NCBI GenBank assembly: GCA_973895155.1
Contig: OZ316892.1
Location: 13,203,270 to 13,267,269 of the forward strand
DNA length: 64,000 bases
From: Marsupella aquatica
Lineage: Eukaryota > Plantae > Marchantiophyta
Direction: 5' to 3'
The translations under genes were made by a program, and so were the position numbers. This document shows positions 1 to 13,054 of this stretch, one piece after another. The notes under the pieces are model-generated. The model saw only the letters and a program-made list of their open reading frames with translations, was not told where the DNA came from and ran no database searches. How positions within the stretch are numbered: position 1 is the first letter of the stretch; every line of letters starts with the position of its first letter.

Positions 1-1159
1 GGCGCCCCAAGCTATGAGTGTTGTTTTTGTCCTCCTTACCGGCTTACCTGTTCTGTCCCCACAGGTATGTACTAAGCAATAATTGCCTGGGAATTCGCTT
101 AAGTACTTTCCCCCTTGTTATTCAGGTTGCCTGGGAATTCGCTTAAGTACTTTCCCCTTTGTTATTATCAGGTTGCACATGTAGATGCCTCACACCCCTA
201 GTGCTTGTATTACATCATTGAATTGGTTAAGTGCCAGAAAGTACTCTGCGTAATTGTTGGTTGCACTTATCAGTAGAGGCCTATTGTGCACATTGTTTAA
301 TTGTGAATAAATGCATATATACACTAATTTATTCACTGTTGCATTTATTTGTGGTTGGTGACACCTTTCATACATTCAATTTCTAATTGTGGAGTTGGTT
401 TTTTGTGTGTGTGTATAGTTGGGAGTACATGCATCTATTGGACGTTTGTATTTCTATACTATCACCTAGAGACACTCGTCAGCCACATAGAAAATCTGCA
501 TTATTCAGTTCTCTCTGGAATGTGCATGTACTTTATCAACCTTTATTGCACTTTGCATTTACGAACTATGAACTAATATCACACATAAATTCAATTGTAA
601 GCTTGAGCTGAGCCCCCCCTGACCAGAAACAACCACAGAAATGTGCATTCTTCAGTTCATTCACAAAATCTTTGGTCCCAAGGACGAAAAAACATAAAGT
701 AATCTATTGACTCTGGAGTTTAATGTTATTCATTCAAAACTGGGAATTTTGGGGGAAGAAGGGAAGTGGAAATTGAAGGGAGGATGGACTCATCCATTTG
801 CTTAAGTGCTTAGATAGTTTTTTGTAACCTGAATGGACTGGAGTGAAACCCTCTCACTGAAACCGTCTTGTCTTCTCACATGGTACATGTTACACCTATG
901 AGTGATATTACACTTTGATTGGGTTTTTGGCCTGTGGGATCATGTGTCCCGGTTGGGCATTTTCTACTTTTAGGCAGTTTGAAATATATAGCCAAGTGTG
1001 ACAATAATGAGACAACTTAAAAAATTTGTAAGTCTCTCAATTTTCATTGGTGAGATATATTAGGGTCATTTCTCATAGGAAAGATCAATTTCTAAATAAG
1101 TAAACAAATTAAAAATCCATTGATAAATACAGAGTAATACTTATGTCAAAGTTGGTTAC

Positions 1160-1385
1160 TCAAATGTTTTTGGGAGTACAAAGTGTAGATATTCAGCAAT
1201 GAAGTAACCTTTAAAAATTCACAACTCTTTCAATTTTTCATGAAAACTATAGATAGATTATATAAATATCAGACTAGCTGGAAAAATATTTCCAACTAGT
1301 TTCTAACTAGCCACTAAGGGCAGATTCAGTTGTTGTCAAAGAAGATATAGAAGGTCAAATTTTGCTCTCCAAAACGTTTTGGAGA
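1160..1385 (+). mobile_element. Dispersed degenerate repeat, same family as 56500-57095
   Basis: Reverse-complement similarity to 56505-56700. Confidence 0.55.
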
Positions 1386-2463
1386 ATGGTTGGCGGATGC
1401 CCTTCCAATTTTCTACGGGTGTGCTACTTCTTGCAGCCCCCTTAATTTCTCTTGTTTCGAACCTGCCTCCTCCTCCCCAGGCAGGTGTTCTTGTTGTTCC
1501 CTTTGGTTTTTTGGAATAAAGGTATTGAAAAAAAATTTAAAAAATAAACGTTTCGGAGAAAAGAAAAGTGTCAACTACTGAAGTGAAAATGTAAAGGTGT
1601 CTGTGCGCATGGTGGTGCAGTAGCTGGGTGGGGGAGCAAAGTGGGAACAAGGAAATGACATGCAATTTTTCCACGTTATGGCAATAAGACACGCCCAGGC
1701 TCATACTATTACTGGCCATTTTAATACTGCCAAGCCCCGGAAGCAAAGACGAGACAACAGAAATGCGGCACGTGCACGGTTGGGTCCTCCCCCCACACGT
1801 GGCGCAGAGTCGTTGGCGGGGTTTCTGCAACGTGGTGATTCTGGTGAATCCCACGGTCAGGACCGCAGCAAATCTACCGATGAATCGACAACCAGAAAGC
1901 CGGCGTCTGTGGGCGACGCGGGGGGTGGGCCAGGCGGCGGCACGCGCGTTGGATTCGACGATCCGACGGCTGTCGGCCGTGATGATGATGCAGATCGCCG
2001 TGACACCCGAACTGGAGCAACAGCAGTCGACGACAGTCTAGTACACGAGTACTCGAGTAGTGGTGCAGGGGTAGAAGACGAAGAAGAAACGAAGCAATTC
2101 GACTAATTTACTAGTACTGCTGATGCTGTCGAAGGAACGGAAGATTTTTGCGAGAGTGCAAAAGAGGCAAAGAGCCGCGTTTCGTGAACGGCTGGTGTAT
2201 TGTAATTGTTGTGTGGTGTAAAGGTGAAAGCCCTCGCTGCGCTTGCCCCTGGCTTTTCGTCGACGAGAGCACTGTTGTTGCGTCTTCTGCGTTTTTTGTG
2301 GTGATTGAATCGGCGTTTTTGTGTGGGCTCCGGGGAGTTCTCGGATGCGAGGAGGTCATCAGCAGGCTTTATCAGGTTGGGATTTGGTTTTTGCGAAGGA
2401 GGCGAAGTTACTTTCAGTCGAGTTGTCGGTAGCCAAGCCAAGCCAAGCCGGGGTTGAGCAATC

Positions 2464-4726
2464 ATGGTGTCGTTCTGGAACATTGCTCTGCGACTCTATA
2501 ACTTTACCGGGTAATGGAATTCTTTGAATTTGATGTGCACTGGGCGTGGTAGCGTTGTTAGGTTTTGTGTTCTTGCCTTCCGGTTCTGCATTTCATGCGG
2601 CGAACGGCAAGATTTCGGTAAGGGACGGGTGGCAGGGCGTGCTGCAAGGCATCCGTCTGTTGCGATCATGGTTGGCTTATTCAGGAACAGTGATACGTTG
2701 ATTGTTGAATGTGGTCTCATGTCACGGCCACTGTGCTTTCGGTCGGTTGGAGAGAGAGATTGCCGCCGTGTCAAACTTCCAGATATCAGGATCCTCATGT
2801 TGTGTAGTTTGTAGGGAGGTGTGAATGGGTACCTTACCTTACTAGGGTCTGTGATCTTCAATGCTGGCAAGATATGTGGAGTGTCGGAGCTGAACTATCA
2901 GCTGTTTTATGTCGATTATGAGGCGTTTTGCATGTAGGGTATTCTGGAGAGGTCTGAGATGATGTCACTTAACTGTCCATCTCTTTTCTTCCCCTGCACC
3001 TTAGTAGGCTTCTTTTATCGTATTTACTTCTGAAGGATCTCTGGGACGGATCCAGCTTTGTCCGGAGTTAATGGCTCAAGTCTGGAAATTAACCTTTCGT
3101 CCTGATGTGTGTTTGACAGACCTGTGGTGATGCTCGCATATCCCTTGTAAGTTCCTTTTCTTGTCCAGAGTTGCTTTTCATTTTGCGGGCTGTATGCCGT
3201 CTGTGTTAGCCGTTACCTTATGTGACACTCTCTCTGATATAACTTAGATCGCACCTCCGAGGATGGGGTAACTTAGCTTCTAGGGCGCTCCGTGGTTATG
3301 ATTGAGGACGTTACCAGTGATTTCCAGTTTCGAAGGAGGCTCGTTTCTGTATTGGCCTCCTGTTCGTCGAGCCCTCCTGAATGTTGTCTCGATTCGCTGG
3401 TCTGCAGATATGCTTCTGTCTCTGCCATTGAGAGCCCATTCAAGGAGGATGACACTCAGTGGCTAACTTACTGGGTTCTGTACTCCTTCCTTCAGCTCAT
3501 TGAGCTCGGTTTTGAGCGTATTTTATACTGGTATGTCACTGACCTTTTATGTCCATTTCCGATTACGTCTCAACGTGGAACAGTTCATCCATTAGAACAT
3601 TGTATTCTGCACACGTATTTGGTATCCCTGCTCACTTGGTCTGACGTATTACTGTGTCTGTCGATTTTGTGTCGCCGCAGGATTCCTTTCTGGTATACTA
3701 TTAAGCTTATCACTGTTGCCTGGCTGGTCCTTCCTCAATTTCACGGAGCGGCCTTCGTTTACGAAAATTACGTCAAAAAGCATATCAGTGGTGCAGGCCC
3801 TTCTAAAACTGAAACTTTGACACCCAAGCAACGTCAACTTATTGAACGGATGAGTCCTAAAGCTCGTGCTTCAGTGTCGGCTTTCATCTCCGAATACGGA
3901 CCTGACGCCTTCGACTCAGTCATTGCCACGGTTTGATATCGCATCGTTATACCAACTGTTTGTAACAGGCATGCAAGGCTGTTGTGAAGTTTCTACCTAG
4001 CTCAAGGCTCTCGCACTTTTGACCTGTAGTTGCATGTCTTGTTTTGACTAATACCTTGTAGGAGCGGCTAGTCAGAAATGATCCTGTGAGCTCGCTAATT
4101 AGTTTCGTGCAGGCACAACCTTCTACTATTAGTGAGTGTCTTGTCTCCGATTGGCGTTGTACAATCCCTGTCCAGCGCCTTTACAAGCTCCCGATCAATT
4201 GTCCACCGTTGACTTCCCTTTGTCATCGGCAGCAGTCGCGCTCATCTGCTTACACAGCTCAAGCCGGTTCCGCTGGCTTTTATCCAAGTTGTAGGATATA
4301 ATAACGCGTAGACTTGGCTGCGGTGAAGTGGTAGTAGCATTTGTCGCTCAGTGTCCATCCCTTTCGCGAACTTTGCTAAACACTCTGTTCTTCATTATGC
4401 AGATTACCATCGAAGCCAAAAGAAAGACCAAGTCCCCATCTTCTGCAAGTAGACAGAAGGGACCTCCTCTTGCGGCACAGCCCACTAGATACCCTGGTTC
4501 TTCCCCTGGGTCTAAGCACACTAGATACACAGGATCTCCCCCCGCCGTTCGGCCTACTGAGTACACAGGGTCTCCTGCTCCTCGTGTCCATACTGGATAT
4601 GGTAAGTCTGATTCTTTTCGTGAATATTGCAGGCAACCAGTCAAGCTGTTAAAAACAAGTCTTCATTCGCTGGAGAATCGACGGAATGAGATTAGAGCGA
4701 AAATGAGGACAAACTTTGCAACGTGA
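2464..4726 (+). CDS. HVA22: HVA22-like / TB2-DP1 (REEP/Yop1 family) protein, multi-exon; 3' end uncertain
   Basis: GT-AG exons 2464-2510, 3120-3146, 3408-3530, 3681-3930 and 4403 onward join in frame to [52 protein letters not shown]...WIPFWYTIKL..AWLVLPQFHGAAFVYE, the HVA22 signature. The last exon either splices at the GTAAGT at 4602 or reads to the stop at 4726. Confidence 0.9.
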
Positions 4727-6915
4727 AGAGTGGGAATTTTACGCCACCACTTTTCTTCAAGAACGATCATGGGTTGAAAATACCCACATATTAGGGTCTG
4801 CTGGTTTCAGCGAAGTAGCGATTTGTATGTTAAATGTCAATTTTAATTATAAATATGCCATACGATCTGCAGGAATGTACAGTTACGTTTTCACTACTTT
4901 TCATCGGTGCGTCCTCCATATGGAAAGGAAATTGTTGCAACAGCCTCACGTCTATACTCAGAAATTGGGAAATTGCATGTCATGTTTATGACCAAGTTGC
5001 CTATAGGGTAAACTATGCGTGAGGTGTTTTGAGACGTTGAAATGATTGTCACTTCACTTGTACCATGTGCTGAATTTTGGGTAGTGGCGGATGCCAACGT
5101 ACATTGAATGCCTCCGAGTTTGAAAATAACCCTGAGAATCGTACTAGAGTATATGATGCAAACGTATATTGAATCCCTCCGAGTTTGAAATGAGTCGTTA
5201 GAATTTAGTGGATTTAGAAAATAAAACTGAGAATCGTACTAGAGTATGTGGTGTTTATGCGCGCCATTTGTCCAGCAACAGAAGACAGGGATTTTGGTTG
5301 ACACAATGAAGTGCTGTTAGCGTTGTAATGAGTATACTGTTATATGAATGAATTCCTCATCCTCGAAGTTCCGAGATTGTCTGATGTTGTACTCACACAC
5401 CCGGGAAAAATCTTTCTTAATACTCTTCTATAAGCTGAAATTATCATCGTCCGTGAATGGCGAATCATATTTAGGTTCTGAGTCTGGCGTTCGACACTAA
5501 ACGAAATATGGTGATAATGAATTAGGTTCATTTGCATATCGCACTACAGACAGTTCCCAAAAGCATTTTACGAAAGTATGCGTGCATAATGCAATTTATT
5601 TGGCCACGGTAAAGTACGTTACTGAATCTTCCATGCATGGTCTTTCCGCTGACACTTTGGAAAGCGAACTGGCAAATGAATTCCCAAAGGAACCTGCAGG
5701 AACGCCACTCTTGTGGGGAGAGCTAACATGACCAAGATGAGCACAAAATGATCGCTCTTTCGATTGAAATCTGTAAACCACCACTAACCATGGCAAACCT
5801 TGATGCACCAAGTTTCACCATAAATCATCAATGACGGTGACAAAAACTCATTCCACCAAGCTTCACCATAATAGTGATTGTGTAACAAGCATCAACAGTA
5901 CCCTTTTCCTTAAATTGTGGAGGGTAGATGAGAGTACTAAAGACTGGAAACAGGGAAGTTTTGCACTATTCCCTTTATATGGCTACTGACATTTTTAAAA
6001 GTAAAATCTGATAAGCCAAACTCTAGTTGCCAGGACGAGCAACCTGGTAAGTCGGCGAGTAAAGGACGATGCGTGGCCCATGAGTAAATAATTGGAAGCG
6101 TTGAGGAGGTGAGGAACTCACAAAGCAGGAAGAAAACAAATCGAAGCCCTACTCAGGTTTCAAATTTAAGTTTTAACAAGACATCCGAGGTTGCAAAATC
6201 GTAGGATGAACGTATGAACTAAGGGCAAAATGTCCGTCATTGCCATCGTTACCCAGTGCCTGATTCGAAAATAAAGAGATTAAAAAACAAAAAGTGAACA
6301 ACACCAAAGACATTTCCAACATCCCTGAGCAGAGGGTAGCATTCTATTAGCAAGTATGATTAATTCAGAGATTGGTCCTCTTTAAAAAAATGTCCAAAAG
6401 AAAGCTAGCCTTTGTTAAGGAGTCTTGATTAATTCCCTTTCTCCTATCAGCATACAGAGAGCAGTAGCCCGGGTAAAGCAGCTGGCCTCCTTGAGAGGAG
6501 TAGTTTGTCCAGTGTCTCTCCCTCCCGGACAATGCCGTTTTGTTTGTCCAGGGCAGGGGATATGTCTGCAAGGCCAGAGCAGACAGCGCCCCATGAGTAC
6601 ATTCTGCAAGAGCTTTCTCAAGCGTGCACAGAGAAGAAAACTATTCGACTATGCTTTATATATTCTCTAAGGCTAGAACTCAGAAGGGAGGAGCGGGTCA
6701 ACATTCATTGGCCTGACGCAGATACTTGATCCTCCAAGCGGAACTGAAACATACCTTCACTCGACAGAATGCTGGAAAGGTAAGCTGGACAAAGAGCTCT
6801 CCGTCCCCTAGGCTTCATATCGCCCTACTGCTTTTGGGCAAATGGCTAACATCGCCATGTGCGTCGTCTTTAAAGAGAACAATTGTAATCATGACGGTTT
6901 ATTAGCTTTAGTAAC

Positions 6916-9900
6916 CTAATCATTACCATTGCTATCATCGTCAAGCAAGGTGGGAGTATCATCTGCAGAAGCTTCCTCCCCATAATCCACCCTTTGAACT
7001 AAGGAGTGCAAGAAAGCTAGCAATGCATTCCGTCCCGGAAAGTCTGCCTCTTGGACAACTTGTTGCAGGTGGTCTTCGTCATAATCCAGGCCACCTTCTC
7101 TCAGCATATCTTCCCCGATCAAATCTCCTCCAAATGGGTGAAAATTCAACTGTGGCATGTCTTCGGGCGGAAGAGTTGAAGTTGAGTCGGAGAACTCGGA
7201 TACATGTAAATGATTATACCTGATAATCCATAAAGCATAGCGTAAGTAAGGTTACAAGGGAGTACATCAAAGGCAACCATCTCCCGAGAAAGGTCCAAGA
7301 AAATTAGCAAATAAATCGAACTAAAATCCACGGGCCCATATGACAAGGACAACGGTTCCCGTAATTACCCCAAAATAATGCTATCTGCAAAAGTAAAGCT
7401 TGCGGGAAACAGATGAATGAATAAGGATACCAGTCCACATGTCCAGCGGAGAGACGAAGACTAATGTAATAAGATAGCAACTATTTTAAGATCTGGCAGT
7501 TTTAAATCTACATGAGTGGTTGAATGAAGAAGAAACGTGGTCCACAGATCCCACTGGACAGGGACCAAGATAGACGGCAGTGAGTACAAAGAAAGATTGA
7601 TGACGACACAATGCACACTTCCTAAAGGTCCATATCTATACCATCCTCTGACGAACACTCTGACATATATCTTTGATGGGATACGAGTAGTTACTTCCTA
7701 CGAGAGAAACAAACTCAACATGTTTCAAGCTTACGTTAGGCTCCATAGCATGACTACCATGATTCGGAATGACAACAGAGAAGAAGAGTTCCAGTCTATC
7801 CTGTGTTACAGAGTCAAATGTGGCAAAGAATACTACTTGGCCTGCTCTAGGAAAAATAAGATAAGGACAAGTAGAATCACTGACTGAATATGTAATGAGC
7901 CGTTTTAGATTTTCGAGGTCCTGATGGACACAAGGAACCAGAGAACTATACGACTGTGACCAACATTGAGGACCAAGAGAGAAGAGGGAGGAACTGAGTG
8001 TTGTAACAGCATCTGCCATAGCATTGGGCCATGGAACCCACGCCCTGAATGAGAAGTAGAACGAACTGAGGACAATGCAGAGAGAGAGCATTACTCATTT
8101 TCATCCGAAGGAAACACTTCGTTCCGAATGAACTCCAAACTTGCCATTTCCGCACCAGATGCTGAATGAAGGCTTGAATCTGAGATTTGGGTGACCATTG
8201 CCGCACCCTTTTTGAGCCATCCCTGCAGTTCTGGTGATCTCCATATCAAGTAATTTCTTTCCACGTAAATGTCAATGAGGTGCTCCATAGTGGGTCTCCC
8301 CGCCTGGTCCTGACTAAAATGAGAATGAGAAGTGATTTTTGACCAAGACTCATCCTCCTTAATTGATGCTTTCGCAATTATCTTCTTCAGTGCAGATGGA
8401 TGTAGCCATAGTGCCTGCCCAAGGAGCTGTGCAGACGTCTTCTTGCTTCCGTCTTTCTTCTTTATGTCGTTACTCGTAAAATTACTTTTACCACGTTGTT
8501 GATCTTCGACGTAGAAACGGGCCACGGCCACTGAGAAAGAGAAATTTGGGAGGAGTTGTATTGACTTAACACTCTCATACTCGTCTACAAAGTGTTCCAA
8601 CCACTCATATTGCTGAGCCCGGAGTGAAAAGTAGTCAATACAGAAGAGTGCACCAAGGGGATCACTGGGATCAAGTGACAGGAGAAATTTGCAAACTTCA
8701 AGGGCTGTACGATGGCATCCTCGTCTTCCCAAATGTTGCATATGCCGAAACAAGGCCAGGAACAAAGCTTTGTTTTTATCCCAAGAGAATTCTAACCTAC
8801 AAAAACCCGAACTAGGGTTGAAGGAAGGGTGCCATGCACATTCTAGAGCGTAGAGGCATTGTTCCAGTAGATTAGCTGACTGCTGATGCTGTCCCATCTG
8901 CTTGTAAACTTCAGCCAATGCTAAAAGGGAGTCCACGTGATAGGGGTGGCTGTGCAGCAGCATAAGTAAAGTGTTGGGATCATGTGATGCGACACATGAT
9001 TCAAATCTTTTCTGCACCTCCTCGTACGACACCGAGTATTGATACCTGTAGCAGTCCGGGAAATTCCAATCAGTTCTAGATTTGTGTTGTCAATGCCTCA
9101 TGCCAGTCTCCCACAAATTATCAAATTGTGAAATGATGGAACAGATTTGACAAGCTTTCAAATTGATTTTAGAAAGTTCCCCCAAACAAATTCCCACATG
9201 AATCATAAAGATACCTTAAGAAAAATGGGCCCCAAACAGCAATGAGTTAAGTACAGCCGTCTTTAAGTTTCCGTTAAGTGCCACAACATTCCTACAAGCT
9301 CAACTATTCTGATCCACAGGACCAAATCAAAAGTGTATTTCTTGATCAACTGAGTAGGCAATAGACCGTTCTGCAAAGAAAACATACAAAACAAAGCCTC
9401 CAACCAGCACTAGCAAAGGTATTCCCAAAAGAGCTCTTCCTACAATTTTCTCACAATACTTCTTGCCGACACTGGGTAAGACACTGGGTACAAAGAAAGT
9501 GTAACAATTTGAAGTGAATGATATCACAGAAGTCACTCTATTTTGGAGTTGCATTAACCATGGACTAGATGCCAACGCCTCTAAGTCAATCCTTCTGTCA
9601 CTACAAAAGCTACTGAAGCATTGTTCTCTTTGTCATTCTGCACACACGCCTCTCTACTTCGTTGATAGCAAAATGCTTAATACCTGAAGTGTTTTATGCG
9701 ACCCTCAACTTTGAAGCACTCCATTGTTGTCCCGCCGTCCCACCGGGCCCAGTGCTCCATAGGCACTACCAAAGTGCTCTTTCTCAGCGGCACACCTCTA
9801 CCGTTACGTCGACCACCACCAAGACCTTGCCTCCTCAGTGACCGAACTCCTTCCCCTCTGCGATCCACGGAATTTATCACTTTGGATCCAAAAATTCGCC

Positions 9901-10640
9901 GCAACTCGTCCTCAGCCCTGAAATGCTTTAAGTCAACACCCAAGACACTTGGAGCCTGCCCATTATTCTCGCGATATGTTTTACCATCGTTACAACATGA
10001 CCCAGAGGAGATCGACGACGAGCCTTCCCCACTCCCCACGTCAAGCCTTTCCAATAGCTTATCCACCGCCTCCACATCACCAGTCACCGTCGGCTCGTCA
10101 CCGAAGGTAAGATCCTTCTTCCCCTTCTTCCTACCCTTACTCTTTTTTTTCTTCGATTTGTTAGGCCCAATAGATGCCGTCGTAGAACCAGAAGCAACCT
10201 GTGGCTGTGAGCTTCGCTCGACATCCCCATCTTCACTATCGTCTTCATCCTATTATCACCACACACACCACCACTACTAGGAGGAATCAGTTCCAATTGT
10301 CGTAATCAGACGGCCTTGCTTAGCCTCCGCGCTTAAATGCTCGTAAGTCGGTTCAGGAATTCTACGATCTAAATCTCTGGTGTTCAGTACATAAGACAGA
10401 TGACTTCAGCGCGTACAAAATTATATCGTACTCTAAAGATAAAATAAATCAAAGGAAGTTTGCGAGGAAGGAGATTCGGGTCCTTGCCTGTGACCTTAAA
10501 AGGTCGAAGGGATTGCTCACAGGTCCTCCTCTTTCATCTTGGTCAGAATCGCTGCCACCCACATCACGCGATACAATCTGAGCAGGAGGAGCCTGCCCCT
10601 GATTGCTCCGCAGAGCTCGTTGAAGCATGCGGGCTGACAT
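6916..10640 (-). CDS. TCF25: TCF25 / Nulp1 / Rqc1-like ribosome quality control protein, 4 exons
   Basis: Exons 10640-10488, 10249-9684, 9045-8095 and 7219-6916 join in frame. Motifs: NPFDLL, ELRRIFGSKV, HPYHVDSLL, ALECAWHPSF, RRGCHRTALEVCKFLLSLDPSDPLG, WRSPE and NEYNHL..SEFSD. Intron 1 requires a GC donor. Confidence 0.9.
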
Positions 10641-10982
10641 TGAGCTTCACTTTCCGAAACCCCGCAGCCCGAAACAGAGCAGAATTGGATTTCTATCTCA
10701 GATCGGCTGGTGAGAAATCGATCTTCTCTGATGCTCAGTACTCAGCAGATCAGCATCCTCATCAGGGGCAGGGAAGATCTCAGAAACGAGTGCGATTTTG
10801 GCACCAGAATCGCGTATGGAAAGAGAAATACCTCAAGTAAGAAGTTAGAGTCCTATCGCTTGCTCTGACTGCTTCTTTCTTTCGGATGACAAAATTCTCC
10901 CACAAAGCCTGTCAGCAGAATGCTTCGAATCTTGAGGACTGTTCATTTTAAGGTCCTCGCCGGGGCCACTCTTGTAGGGCAA

Positions 10983-11530
10983 CTCCTCACTCCTTCTTGT
11001 GTGGATTGCCTTCGTTTCCCAAGGCGAGGGCAGGCATGGAACGGCGATCAGCGCTTTGTTTTCTTCCCCAAATTTTAGCCACACTTAAAACCACCAAAAT
11101 AGAATCCAAATGGTTCTAATAGGGGTGTCTATGTTCTCTACTATCAAATGTTCTCTACTATGCACATTCCTCACTCCTTGCTGTGTGGATTGCCTTTGTT
11201 TCCCAAGGCAAGGGCAGGCCATGGAATGGTGACCAGCGCTTTGTTTTTTTCCCCAAATTTTAGCCTCACTTAAAACCACAAAATACACCCCAAATGGTTC
11301 TAATAGGGGTGTCTATGTTCTCTACTATCAAATGTTCTTTACTATGCAAATTCCTCACTCCTCGTTGTGTGGATTGCCTTCGTTTCCCAAGGCGAGAGCA
11401 GGCCATGGAACGGCTAGCAGCACTTTGTTTTTTTCCACAAATTTTAGCCACACTTAAAACCACCAAAATAGACTCCAAATGGTCCTAATAAGGGTGTCAA
11501 AGTTCTCCCATATGCAAAATCTTACTCCTG
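10983..11530. repeat. Tandem array of three ~184-bp units upstream of TCF25
   Basis: CCTCACTCC..GTGTGGATTGCCTT..CCCAAGGC..AATTTTAGCC.CACTTAAAACCAC..AAATGGT.CTAATA recurs near 10983, 11167 and 11351. Confidence 0.9.
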
Positions 11531-11543
11531 TGGATTTGGAGTT

Positions 11544-12178
11544 TGGGACCTAACATCCTTGTGGGGTTCTTATTTTGGTAGCCCATAGAAATTTTATGTT
11601 CCTGGTCGTAAGAGCACTTTATGTACTCAGATGTAACTGAGTTACAGCGCTGCTTTGACATGCCCTAATGACATCCTTTGGGGATTTACATACCTTCAAT
11701 TGGACTGGGCCAAGCATAGATCTCATATCCGGATGACAAGCAGGCTTGTAGGGAGGCTCTTAATCACATGTCCTTTGATTATGGTAGCTATGGCAGGGTT
11801 ATGGGAAATTCACTAGGAGATCCTTCAGGTTTCACCAGTCCCTCCATGTCCACCATGTTGTGTGGGACCTAACATCTTTATGGGGTACTATTTTGGTAGC
11901 CCATAGAGATTTTGTCCTGGCTGTAACAACACTTTATGTACTCAGATGTAACTGAGTTAGAGCGCTGCTTTGACACGCCCTAATGACATCCTTTGGGGAT
12001 TTACATACCTTCAATTGGACTGGGCCAAGCATAGATCTCATATCCGGATGGCAAGTCAGCTTGTAGGGAGGCTTTTAATCACATGTCCTTTGATTATGGT
12101 AGCTTTGGCAGGGTTATGGGAAATTCACTAGGAGATCCTTCAGGTTTCACCAGTCCCTCCATGTCCACCATGTTGTGT
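11544..12178. repeat. Near-identical tandem duplication of ~318 bp
   Basis: TGGGACCTAACATC...ATGTCCACCATGTTGTGTG occurs twice head-to-tail, at about 11544-11862 and 11863-12178. Confidence 0.9.
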
Positions 12179-12857
12179 GTTTCTGCTACAAGAGTTGAAG
12201 TTGCACTGTAATTTGGACCAATAAAATTGTAGCTTCTGTCATGGATTCATTGTTAGGTTCCCCTCCCTTTCACTGGCCAGTCTTTAGGAGTATGCCACTC
12301 CTTCTACAGTAGTTAAACTGCTTGTTTGGCTGCCTTCGGTTGTGCGTCTGCCCTGGTGCCAGCCGGTTTTTGGGCACCTTGACCTTCGGTTCCCCCCCCC
12401 CCGAGTGTTGCCTTTTGTGGGCCCCCTGTTGTATGTTTTACGAGTCAAAAAAAAACTTTTAAGTCTCAAAGCTTTGAAGTTGGGAATGATGACTTTTGGC
12501 CATAAACAAACGGTCCTAACTTTTTCACAGGGTTAGTAAAACTTTGTTAATAAAACCTTTTTTTCACTAGCCTCTATAGTGACTACTGTCATGGCATATG
12601 ACCTGTCTTTCTGGCAAAAAGTTGTGTACTATTAAGAATTTGGTAGTAGGTAACTTTTTTCTATCCAGACCCTTAACTACTGTTAAGGTCCATCAAAATT
12701 GAAGCTTTGAGAAGCCTTAATGCTTCATACAAAAGAGAAAGTGTCATGGAACTGAGAGGTCCTAGGCTCAATCCCCCATCCACACTAAGGGTGTAGAAGA
12801 TATGTGTGTGTGGGTGGAATGGGTTTTGTGGGTAGTGGATGGAGTTTTGATTATCTC

Positions 12858-13054
12858 CTTGGTCCCCAGTTGCCCACTTCATGCCCCTGGTTTAATCCCC
12901 TCTTCCTCCTGGTGCAGGTCTCATGTCGGATTAGTGGGTACTCACCCTGAAATGGGTTCCTTACAATGAATGAATGTATGTGTGCCACTATTTGGGTGGG
13001 GAGAGTCTACTAAGTGTTCTTAATTTCTCATTTCAGTTCAGGACAAAAATAAAT
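12858..13054 (+). mobile_element. SINE-like dispersed repeat, 5'-degenerate copy
   Basis: Shares CTCCTGGTG..., CTCACCCTGAA.TGGGTTCCTTA, GGGTGGGGAGAG..CTACTAAGTGTTCTT and CTCATTTCAG.TCA.GAC plus an A-rich tail with 29360-29594. Confidence 0.55.

Noticed and set aside
83-177. ~45-bp tandem duplication, and similar short duplications near 5100-5250, 13770-13860 and 40884-40945
   Set aside because: Ordinary short local duplications with no further structure.
1660-2106. 148-aa ORF upstream of HVA22
   Set aside because: It has no recognisable domain and lies in the GC-rich promoter/leader, where stop codons are scarce.
9696-10280. 194-aa + strand ORF
   Set aside because: Antisense shadow of TCF25 exon 2.
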